NCBI RefSeq assembly: GCF_000012805.1
Contig: NC_007484.1
Location: forward strand, 780,001-812,000
Direction: 5' to 3'
Length of the DNA stretch: 32,000 nucleotides
DNA from: Nitrosococcus oceani ATCC 19707
GTDB taxonomy: Bacteria > Pseudomonadota > Gammaproteobacteria > Nitrosococcales > Nitrosococcaceae
Below the pieces are notes generated by a model. The model was not told the origin of the DNA. It did not search any database and worked only from the letters and a program-made list of their open reading frames with translations. A program made the position numbers and the translations under genes. Positions within the stretch are counted from its first letter, which is position 1. Each line of letters opens with the position of its first letter. Shown in pieces: positions 1 to 7,544 of the stretch.

Positions 1-17
1 TCACAATTTTTGTTGCC

Positions 18-1685
18 GTGAGCACCGTGAATTGGCAAAAAGCGATAAAGGATAAAAGAATCATCGAGATTGATGGCCAGGATATAGCGGAAGGACCTCT
101 TCCTCCTTGGCGGCCGCTTGCCGTTTTTTGTCTCTATCGCTTGTTAATTGTCTCCTTGCTTTTGGTGGCCGTCATTACTGGTGCTGGCCCCGGTTTTCTG
201 GGCGAATCTCACCCTAATCTATTCTTGATTACTAGTCTGGTTTATGCCGCCGCCGCCATTGCCCTAGGTGTTGCCACGATAGCTCGGATGGGCGGATTTT
301 GCTTTCAAGTGTGGTTCCAGTTAACCTTGGATATTGGCGCTATTACGCTTTTGATGCATGCCAGTGGCGGTGTGCTCAGCGGCCTGGGAATGCTGCTGGT
401 GGTAGTGATTGCCGCCGGGGGTATTTTAACGGTGGGGCGGACCGCTAGCGCCTTTGCTGCCCTGGCCACATTGGCGGTGTTGCTTGAACAGTCTCATGCT
501 CTCGTATTCCGTGATTTCGATACCGTTCACTATACTCAGGCGGGTTTATTAGGCGCCACCCTATTTGCCACGGCTCTACTAGCCCAGGTGCTGACAGCGC
601 GGATTCGAGAGAGTGAGGCCCTCGCGGCCCAGCGGAGCTTGGATCTGGCAAATATCAGCCAGCTCAATGGGTACATTATCCAGCACCTACAGTCTGGAGT
701 CCTTGTGATAGATAGGGAGGATACCCTGCGGCTCATTAATCAGGCTGGGCGAGCACTATTAGGGTTGAAGCCGGGAGGAGAAAAAAAATCGTTGGACCGG
801 ATAGCCCCATGCCTGGCTAAACAGCTTAATTGCTGGCGAGAAGGACTACGCTCTCATCAGCCTGAAGCTTTCCGGTCACGTTGGGGACAATCCGAGATAT
901 TGTCTAAATTCATCAGCCTGGGGCCCCGCTCAGGCACACTGATTTTTTTAGAGGACGCTTCGGCTTCGGCTCGCCAAGCTCAGCAATTGAAGCTAGCTTC
1001 CTTAGGACGGCTTACAGCGAGCATTGCCCATGAAATCCGTAATCCTCTGGGCGCCATCAGTCATGCCAGTCAACTTCTAAGAGAATCTTCCACCCTAAGT
1101 CAAAGTGAGCAGCGGCTGTTGGAAATTATTCTTAATCACTGCACCGGGGTAAACGGGATCGTTAAGAATGTCTTGCAGTTGAGCCGCCGGCAGCAGCATA
1201 GCCGTCTAAAAGTGTTAGCCCTCAAGCCATGGTTGCTGGATTTTCTGGATGAATTTTGCCGTACCCAAGGAATTGACCGGACAGAGGTGGCGCTCCAAAT
1301 TCGCTCCGGCACAGTTCAAGTTCATATGGACCCTTCTCAGTTTCACCAGATATTGTGGAATCTTTGCGATAACGCTCGGCGTCATTCCCGAAGCTTGGGC
1401 CGTATTCCTTGTTTTCAAATTTCAGTAGAGAGCGCAGTGGATATGGGCCAAGTCTTTTTGGAGGTCCTGGATAGGGGATCCGGTATTCCCAACGATATAG
1501 CCGATAAAATATTCGAGCCCTTTTTCACAACCCAAGGCACAGGTACCGGGCTAGGTCTTTATTTGGCCCGCGAACTATCGGAATGTAATGGTGCCAGTCT
1601 GGAGTATCGTCCAGCGCCTGGCGGAGGAAGCTGTTTTCGGCTTTGCTTTGCCCCCCTGGGCATGATGGGGGCGAATGTGGCATGA
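18..1685 (+). CDS. pilS: PilS-like membrane sensor histidine kinase
   Basis: 555-aa ORF with about six hydrophobic N-terminal helices. H-box 'SIAHEIRNPLGAISHASQLL', N-box 'WNLCDNARRH', G-boxes 'LDRGSGIP' and 'GTGTGLGLYLA'. The stop overlaps the next start (ATGA at 1682-1685). The GTG start at 18 is provisional because the frame stays open to the window edge. Confidence 0.8.
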   Translation: MSTVNWQKAIKDKRIIEIDGQDIAEGPLPPWRPLAVFCLYRLLIVSLLLVAVITGAGPGFLGESHPNLFLITSLVYAAAAIALGVATIARMGGFCFQVWFQLTLDIGAITLLMHASGGVLSGLGMLLVVVIAAGGILTVGRTASAFAALATLAVLLEQSHALVFRDFDTVHYTQAGLLGATLFATALLAQVLTARIRESEALAAQRSLDLANISQLNGYIIQHLQSGVLVIDREDTLRLINQAGRALLGLKPGGEKKSLDRIAPCLAKQLNCWREGLRSHQPEAFRSRWGQSEILSKFISLGPRSGTLIFLEDASASARQAQQLKLASLGRLTASIAHEIRNPLGAISHASQLLRESSTLSQSEQRLLEIILNHCTGVNGIVKNVLQLSRRQQHSRLKVLALKPWLLDFLDEFCRTQGIDRTEVALQIRSGTVQVHMDPSQFHQILWNLCDNARRHSRSLGRIPCFQISVESAVDMGQVFLEVLDRGSGIPNDIADKIFEPFFTTQGTGTGLGLYLARELSECNGASLEYRPAPGGGSCFRLCFAPLGMMGANVA

Positions 1686-3016
1686 AGGGACGCCCCGTGG
1701 TCCTTATAGTGGACGATGAGCCGGATATTCTGGAATTACTGGAGCTTACCCTGGCGCCCTTGGGTGTTGTCTGCCAAAAAGCGAGTGATCTTGCCAGGGC
1801 CCGTCAGCATCTGCAGCAACAGTCCTTCGATTTCTGTTTGACTGATATGCGTCTTCCGGATGGAGATGGCATCGAGCTGGTTAGGCTGATTAGTCAGTAC
1901 TGCCCGGAAACGCCAGTGGCGGTGATTACCGCCCATGGCAACGTGGAGACTGCCGTTGCGGCCTTGAAAGCTGGCGCTTTTGATTTTATCTCAAAACCGG
2001 TGGATTTACAGGCGCTGCGCAATCTGGTCAAGAGGGCGCTAAAACTTCCTCTTTCCTATCCCAAAATGGAAAGGCGAACCCGCCACCGGTTACTTGGGGA
2101 GTCGGCCGCCATGCGGGGAGTGCGCGCCCAAATTGCCAAGCTGGCCCGTAGTCAAGCGCCGGTTTACATTAGTGGCGAATCGGGCACGGGTAAGGAACTA
2201 GTTGCTAGGCTTATCCATGAGCAAGGGCCCCGTTCGGCGGGTTCCTTCGTACCTGTCAATTGCGGCGCTATACCCACCGAGCTGATGGAAAGTGAATTTT
2301 TTGGTCATAAAAAGGGCAGTTTTAGTGGCGCTGTTGGTGATCAGGAGGGGTTGTTTCACGCCGCGGATGGGGGCACCCTGTTTTTGGATGAAGTGGCCGA
2401 TTTATCTCTCCCCATGCAGGTCAAGCTTCTGCGGGCTATCCAGGAGAAGAGCGTGCGGCCCATCGGCAGCCAGAAAGAAATTGCCGTTGATGTCCGTATT
2501 CTTTGTGCTACCCATAAAGATCTGGCTACCTTGGTGCGACAAGGCAACTTTCGCCAGGATCTTTTCTACCGGCTCAATGTTATTGAATTGGCTGTTCCTT
2601 CCTTGAGACAGCGGACAAGTGATATTTTCCAGCTAGCCGGACACATCTTGAACAGGCTCGCCGAGACCCATGGGGATACTCCTTTTAAACTGGCGCCCGA
2701 TGCTTTGGCAGCGTTGCAAGCTTATCTCTTTCCCGGCAATGTGCGAGAGCTGGAAAATATTTTGGAGCGGGCCGTAACACTATGCGAATCCGAAACCATT
2801 GGGGCAAAGGATCTGCGCTTGCCCCAAGTAGAATTGCCTAGTACCTCAGCATTCCTTCCTGCAAATTCTTTAGAAGAGCATTTAGCGGGATTAGAAAAAC
2901 AGGCTATTCTCCAAGCTCTCGAACAAACCCGCTACAATAAAACCGCTGCTGCTAAAATTCTAGGCATTACCTTCCGCGCCTTACGTTACCGGTTAAAAAA
3001 ACTGGAGCTAGAATAA
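1682..3016 (+). CDS. pilR: PilR-like sigma-54-dependent response regulator (NtrC-family enhancer-binding protein)
   Basis: Receiver domain 'VLIVDDEPDI...CLTDMRLPDGDG...KAGAFDF'. AAA+ Walker A 'GESGTGKE', sigma-54 contact loop 'GSFSGA' (GAFTGA variant), Walker B 'LFLDEV'. C-terminal Fis-type HTH 'AAKILGITFRALRYRLKKL'. I chose the ATG at 1682 (MKGRPVV...) over ORF-track 1643 because of the ATGA coupling to pilS. Confidence 0.85.
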   Translation: MKGRPVVLIVDDEPDILELLELTLAPLGVVCQKASDLARARQHLQQQSFDFCLTDMRLPDGDGIELVRLISQYCPETPVAVITAHGNVETAVAALKAGAFDFISKPVDLQALRNLVKRALKLPLSYPKMERRTRHRLLGESAAMRGVRAQIAKLARSQAPVYISGESGTGKELVARLIHEQGPRSAGSFVPVNCGAIPTELMESEFFGHKKGSFSGAVGDQEGLFHAADGGTLFLDEVADLSLPMQVKLLRAIQEKSVRPIGSQKEIAVDVRILCATHKDLATLVRQGNFRQDLFYRLNVIELAVPSLRQRTSDIFQLAGHILNRLAETHGDTPFKLAPDALAALQAYLFPGNVRELENILERAVTLCESETIGAKDLRLPQVELPSTSAFLPANSLEEHLAGLEKQAILQALEQTRYNKTAAAKILGITFRALRYRLKKLELE

Positions 3017-3478
3017 GCTAGTTGTTGGGAGCGTTCAGAACCCAAGCGTTTGCCGTTTGGGGCGTTCGGCCTAAAAGGGAAAAAATCCCTAAACAAAACT
3101 TGATCCGGCAATAAGCCCCAGGCAGCAGCCATGGGACTTAAATCACTCCCCGAACTTTTGACTTGTTAGTAATCCCCCCCCTGCCTTCCTTCAATTGGCA
3201 CCACTGTGCCGTGGGTTTTAAACAAGTGGAGATACCACTTGAGAACAACAGCTTAACCTCAAGGCATCAAAATATGAGCGAACTATGTGTAGAGAAGTTT
3301 ACAGGGGGGGTATTCTTCTAAGCGTTTGAAGGATGGGATATTTAGGGTATTTTTTAGCCGAGGAGGGGAGAAGTGTTACATAGCTGAAACAAGGAAGGGA
3401 GAGGGGGAAGGTGTTGGCGGCGTGTTCCCGGGGGATGGGGGCAAGCTATTGTGTGATATGTCAGTGACTTAGCGCCTT

Positions 3479-3494
3479 TGGCATGAACTTAGCA
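3479..3494 (+). promoter_or_regulatory. candidate sigma-54 (-24/-12) promoter
   Basis: TGGCAT-gaact-TAGCA. GG (3480-3481) and GC (3492-3493) have the canonical 12-nt register of TGGCAC-N5-TTGCW, with two mismatches to the consensus. It lies ~150 nt upstream of ATG 3643 and directly downstream of a sigma-54 activator gene. Confidence 0.5.
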
Positions 3495-3642
3495 GAGGGT
3501 AGGTCAGACAGGGGATGTCAAGGAGAGCGCCATGGGATACCCGGTAACAAGACGCCTATGAAAATGAGGGCGTGGCCAGGGTCCACAGAGCGCAGGGAGG
3601 CGCGCCTACAAGATGATACTGAATGCTAAGGAGCACACATTG

Positions 3643-4791
3643 ATGAAACACACCACAGTCATGATGAGCGCGGTTGTGGCCGCCTCCCTGTTAAGCACCT
3701 CCGCCCTGGCCCTGGACCGGGCCAACACCTCCGAGAAAGGCAGCTTATTGGTTTTCCCGAATGTGGATGTGAGCGGGGATAAGAATACCATTATTCGCCT
3801 CCAGAATGATTACTCCGACTCGGTGAGCCTGAAGTGCTACTGGAAGAACGGGACCAAGTTTTTCACCGACTTTCAAATTGAGCTGACCAAGTTCCAACCC
3901 ATCTGGATAAGCGCCCGGGATGGTGAGGGGACCTACAGCGTCCCCCCCTTTCCCACCTCCACCAACCAGGACTACCTGGATAAGATAGGTCTCGGTGGCG
4001 GTGAATATGCCACCCCCAGCCGGGTGACGTTGCCCGAGCATGCCCGGACCGCAGGTGAGCTGCAATGCTGGGCGGTGGATGGCGGGGGTGCCAGTGAAAT
4101 TCGCTGGAACCATCTGGCCGGCTCCGCCACGGTGGTGGACGCCTCCCAAGGGACGGCCTATCAATACAACGCCTGGGGTTTTCGCTGCCTGGTCGGGGGC
4201 AATGGGGATGCGTGCGTGGTGGCCGATGCGGGTCAACTGGACCTCAATGGCAACGAATACGAAGCCTGCCCGAAGAAGCTCATCGGCCATTTCAGCCCCG
4301 CCGAGACCGCTCTTGGGGGCATGCAGGTGCATCGCAATGAGCTGACCCTGGCCTCCTGTAATCAGGACCTGACCCAGGACCAGCAGTTCCACTTCACCAA
4401 GCTGAAGTTTAATGTCTGGAACGAGCAGGAAGCCAAATACACGGGGGCCTATCAGTGCATGGACAGCTGGCATCAGGGGCTGCTCGATGGGGTGCAGAAC
4501 AATGGCCGTAACTTCACCGCCTCGAGCCTCAAGACCGATGTGGCCCGCTTTAAGGTAAGGGGGATGAAGAGCAGCGTCTGTGAGCGTGCTGATAACCGCA
4601 AAACCTTCGCCATTGATGAGAGCATTGTGACCGAAGAGGCCGGGCTGCTCGGGGTCATGGCCACCACCTACGGGTTGGGGGAAAGTGATGGCCTCGCCGA
4701 GGCGGGCACTACCCTGCACATGCTCGGTCAGCGTGATGGCTTTATCGCCTACGACCCTCAAGAGGTCATTGAGGAGCGTCCCGCTCGCTAG
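3643..4791 (+). CDS. secreted Cys-rich protein of unknown family, paralog A
   Basis: AAGGAG (3628-3633) lies 9 nt before ATG 3643. Signal peptide 'MKHTTVMMSAVVAASLLSTSALA|LD'. Eight Cys are conserved with paralog B. C-terminus is '...YDPQEVIEERPAR'. No motif of a family I can name. ORF-track start 3613 rejected in favour of the RBS-backed ATG that aligns with paralog B. Confidence 0.85.
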   Translation: MKHTTVMMSAVVAASLLSTSALALDRANTSEKGSLLVFPNVDVSGDKNTIIRLQNDYSDSVSLKCYWKNGTKFFTDFQIELTKFQPIWISARDGEGTYSVPPFPTSTNQDYLDKIGLGGGEYATPSRVTLPEHARTAGELQCWAVDGGGASEIRWNHLAGSATVVDASQGTAYQYNAWGFRCLVGGNGDACVVADAGQLDLNGNEYEACPKKLIGHFSPAETALGGMQVHRNELTLASCNQDLTQDQQFHFTKLKFNVWNEQEAKYTGAYQCMDSWHQGLLDGVQNNGRNFTASSLKTDVARFKVRGMKSSVCERADNRKTFAIDESIVTEEAGLLGVMATTYGLGESDGLAEAGTTLHMLGQRDGFIAYDPQEVIEERPAR

Positions 4792-4846
4792 GGCAAGTGC
4801 TCTATTAAAATAAGATCAACACCAACAAAGAACACACCCTTTAGCA

Positions 4847-4879
4847 AGGGACCCTCCTACCAGGTGGGTCCCTTTTTTT
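4847..4879 (+). terminator. rho-independent terminator after paralog A
   Basis: Perfect 8-bp stem AGGGACCC (4847-4854) / GGGTCCCT (4866-4873) followed by a T-run to 4879. Confidence 0.8.
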
Positions 4880-5207
4880 ATGATCTTGTTTCCTAAGGCG
4901 AATCATGATAGCAGAGACGCACCAAGCGCAACGTTCAATTTATATGTTGTTTTAGCATTAAATTCGAGCTATGCTTTTTCTGGCCTCGCAGGCTAGGGTC
5001 GGGAAGGCCCGAGGTAAAGCGTATAGGGCTTGTTTACAGTTACAGGTAAACAGGCGGTAAAAACCGGAGACCAGTAATGTTCTTCACTAGAGGTTAGAGG
5101 TTGCCGGGAAACGCGAATTGATTCGCCTGCTGAGGTTTTGTGAAGAACTAAATTAAAATGAGTTGCAACAAAAAAACTCCAAAATAATACTTTAAGGAGT
5201 AAAGTTA

Positions 5208-6434
5208 ATGACAATGCGATATGCTGTAATTATGGGGACGGTAGTAGCCGCTTCTTTGTTAAGCACCTCCGCCCTAGCCCTGGATAGGGGCAACACCTCC
5301 GAGAAAGGAAGCCTACTGGTTTTCCCGAATGTGGATGTGAGTGGGGATCGGAATACTATCATCCGTATTCAGAATGATTATTCCGATTCGGTCAGCCTCA
5401 AGTGCTATTGGAAGAACGGCACCAAGTTCTTCACTGATTTTCAGATTGAACTGACCAAATTTCAACCCATCTGGATCAGCGCTAAGGATGGGAAAGGCAC
5501 TTACAATGTGCCTCCCTTTCCCACCTTCACCAATCAGGCTTATTTAGACAACATCGGGGTCGGTTACAAGGGCCCCGAAAAAAATAGCATCAATGGCGGC
5601 CCCAACCATCGTGGAGTCACGCCAAGCCAGGTGCTGTTGCCGGACAATGCCAAGACGGCAGGTGAACTGCAATGCTGGGCGGTGGATAGCTCGGGCGCCA
5701 ATGAAATTCGCTGGAATCATCTGGCCGGTTCAGCCACCGTCGTGGACACCTCCCATGGCACCGCTTATGAATATAGTGCCTGGGGGTTCCGTTGCCTGGT
5801 CGGGGGTAATGGAGATGAGTGCGTGACTGCCGATGCTGGCAAGCTGGATCTGGATGGGACTGAATACGAAGCCTGCCCGAAGAAGCTCATCGGTCAGTTT
5901 AGCCCTGCTGGCGCTTCTGTCGGCGACGTTCAAGTTCGCCATAATGAGCTGACCATTGCCTCCTGTAATCAGGATCTGACCCAGGACCAGCAGTTCCACT
6001 TCACCAAGCTGAAATTTAATGTCTGGAACGAGCAGGAAGTGAAGCTTACCGGTGCTTACCAATGCATCGATAGCTGGCATCAGCTGTTGCTTAGCGATGT
6101 TCAGAACAATGGCCGTAATTTCAGTGCTTTTGGCACCAATGTGGCCCGCTTCAAAGTGAAAGGCATGAAGAGCAGCGTCTGTGAGCGCCCGGATGCACCA
6201 AGAACCGCTTTTGTCGATGAGAGTATCACCACCGAAGATGCGGGGATCGTAGGGGTATTGTCTACTACCTACGGGTTTGGTGGAGGCATCATCATCCCTG
6301 TTGAGGATGGGGATAATGGCAATGGCTCAAGCGGCGTAGCTGAGGCGGGTTCTACCCTCCACATGCTAGGCCAACGGACCGGCTTTATTTCCTATGATCC
6401 AGCAGAGGAGATTGAGGAGCGTCCTTCTCGCTAA
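5208..6434 (+). CDS. secreted Cys-rich protein of unknown family, paralog B
   Basis: AAGGAG sits 8 nt upstream of ATG 5208. Signal peptide 'MTMRYAVIMGTVVAASLLSTSALA|LD'. Collinear with paralog A along its whole length (roughly four-fifths identical by eye). Same eight Cys and same '...YDP.E.IEERP.R' end. Two insertions relative to A. Confidence 0.85.
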   Translation: MTMRYAVIMGTVVAASLLSTSALALDRGNTSEKGSLLVFPNVDVSGDRNTIIRIQNDYSDSVSLKCYWKNGTKFFTDFQIELTKFQPIWISAKDGKGTYNVPPFPTFTNQAYLDNIGVGYKGPEKNSINGGPNHRGVTPSQVLLPDNAKTAGELQCWAVDSSGANEIRWNHLAGSATVVDTSHGTAYEYSAWGFRCLVGGNGDECVTADAGKLDLDGTEYEACPKKLIGQFSPAGASVGDVQVRHNELTIASCNQDLTQDQQFHFTKLKFNVWNEQEVKLTGAYQCIDSWHQLLLSDVQNNGRNFSAFGTNVARFKVKGMKSSVCERPDAPRTAFVDESITTEDAGIVGVLSTTYGFGGGIIIPVEDGDNGNGSSGVAEAGSTLHMLGQRTGFISYDPAEEIEERPSR

Positions 6435-6486
6435 ACTTCAGTGTCAAGTAAAATTAAAACTAACTGAAGAATTTAAAATTTGGGAA

Positions 6487-6515
6487 GGGCAAGGCTTCAG
6501 TCTTGCCCTTTTTTT
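6487..6515 (+). terminator. rho-independent terminator after paralog B
   Basis: 7-bp stem GGGCAAG (6487-6493) / CTTGCCC (6502-6508), 8-nt loop, T7 run 6509-6515. Confidence 0.8.
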
Positions 6516-6752
6516 ATGGGCATAATGGCCAGTGCGACGATGTGAAGTGAAACGGCGCAGGCCGCTAGGGGGTTGCTCAACATTTATGTTTAGCTTCGAG
6601 GTAAAGATCCGGTTTTTTTAGCCGATAGTTTCAGAAAAGAAGCTTATTATTTTACCTGCTCTTTCAGTAACTTATTGAAGGTGAAGCAGGTTTTTTGTTT
6701 TATGGAATCAAAGAGTCATCACCTCCGCTTCACTCGAAGATAGGACAGTTCA

Positions 6753-7544
6753 ATGCAGCAACGGTACAATTCTTTCGTTTTGCTTTTTTGCTTATCCTTT
6801 ATGGGACTGGGGTTTGCCCAAGACCAGGGAGAAGAAGCCGCCCTTAAGGACCGGGCCAGCGTTTTCTGGAAGGCACGAGTTCAGGAAGACTGGGCCACGG
6901 TCTATAATTTTTTACCCTCCGAGACGAGAAGTAAAACGGCCAAGGAGCAGTTTGTCGCCTTTCGGCAAAAGAAGGGGCCTTTTCGGTATTTATCCTCCGA
7001 GATAGGCAAAGTGGCGGTAGCTGGGGACAAAGGTTGGGTAGAGCTGCACTATACCGCTCAACCTTACAATTATCCAGAAATATCGCCGGATCGGATAGAG
7101 ATGTGGGAGCCTTGGCAAATTCGGGAGAAGCAATGGTATCCCGTTCCCCCTCAGTTACGGGAGCAGATGCCCAAGCTACCTCCCCATTTGCGGCCTGCGG
7201 AAGAAGAGGCTGCCCTTTCCCGGCGGGCGGATGAATTCTGGAAAGCCAAGGAAGCCCAAAATTGGGATCTTATTTACCGTTTTTTAGAGCCGAGCTATCG
7301 CGCCGAGGTTTCTAAAGCCGAATTTTTAAGCAAACAATCCCTGTTTGTCTATGTTACCCATCGCTTTGAGTGGGTAGAAGTCAGGGGCAACCAGGGCCGG
7401 GTCAACGTAGTGTATTCCCGGAAGTTAAATGATCCCACGTTATACAAATTACAACCCGAGGAGGACAGTATGATTGCAGAATGGGTCAAGGTGGATGGGG
7501 TGTGGTACCGGCATGTCGAGCTGCCGAGTGGGGGAGAATCATGA
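6753..7544 (+). CDS. secreted protein with two tandem ~115-aa repeats, unknown function
   Basis: Signal peptide 'MQQRYNSFVLLFCLSFMGLGFA|QD'. The two halves align ('EEAALKDRASVFWKARVQEDWATVYNFL' vs 'EEAALSRRADEFWKAKEAQNWDLIYRFL'). The stop overlaps the next start (ATGA at 7541-7544). Confidence 0.75.
   Translation: MQQRYNSFVLLFCLSFMGLGFAQDQGEEAALKDRASVFWKARVQEDWATVYNFLPSETRSKTAKEQFVAFRQKKGPFRYLSSEIGKVAVAGDKGWVELHYTAQPYNYPEISPDRIEMWEPWQIREKQWYPVPPQLREQMPKLPPHLRPAEEEAALSRRADEFWKAKEAQNWDLIYRFLEPSYRAEVSKAEFLSKQSLFVYVTHRFEWVEVRGNQGRVNVVYSRKLNDPTLYKLQPEEDSMIAEWVKVDGVWYRHVELPSGGES

Noticed and set aside
3196-3210. TGGCAC-cactg-TGCC as a second sigma-54 promoter
   Set aside because: The GG-to-GC register is one nucleotide short of the canonical spacing, and it is over 430 nt from the start codon. 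I treat it as a small dyad (GGCAC/GTGCC) rather than a promoter.
3745-4761. 338-aa ORF on the minus strand, antisense to paralog A
   Set aside because: It lies wholly inside a sense gene that has an RBS, a signal peptide and a conserved paralog. The product is Gly/Pro/Ala/His-rich low complexity. The AT-poorer codon third positions of copy A explain the absence of stops, and copy B has only a short equivalent.
4880-5207. Search for a -24/-12 promoter or a clear sigma-70 promoter ahead of paralog B
   Set aside because: The TGGC- and TTGC-containing sites I checked (around 4981-4995, 5100-5110 and 5161-5166) have the wrong GG/GC spacing. I do not call any promoter here, though a 7-bp dyad TGTTTAC/GTAAACA at 5031-5052 was noted.
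4993-5214. 73-aa minus-strand ORF between the paralogs
   Set aside because: It runs through the RBS and start of paralog B. It has no RBS of its own and no recognisable features.
3643-6434. Paralogs as type IV pilins or PEP-CTERM/other sorting-signal proteins, given the PilSR neighbours
   Set aside because: They have no G|F(T/S)LIE prepilin leader, no C-terminal PEP + TM + Arg cluster and no LPXTG or GlyGly-CTERM. Both have ordinary Sec signal peptides and hydrophilic C-termini.
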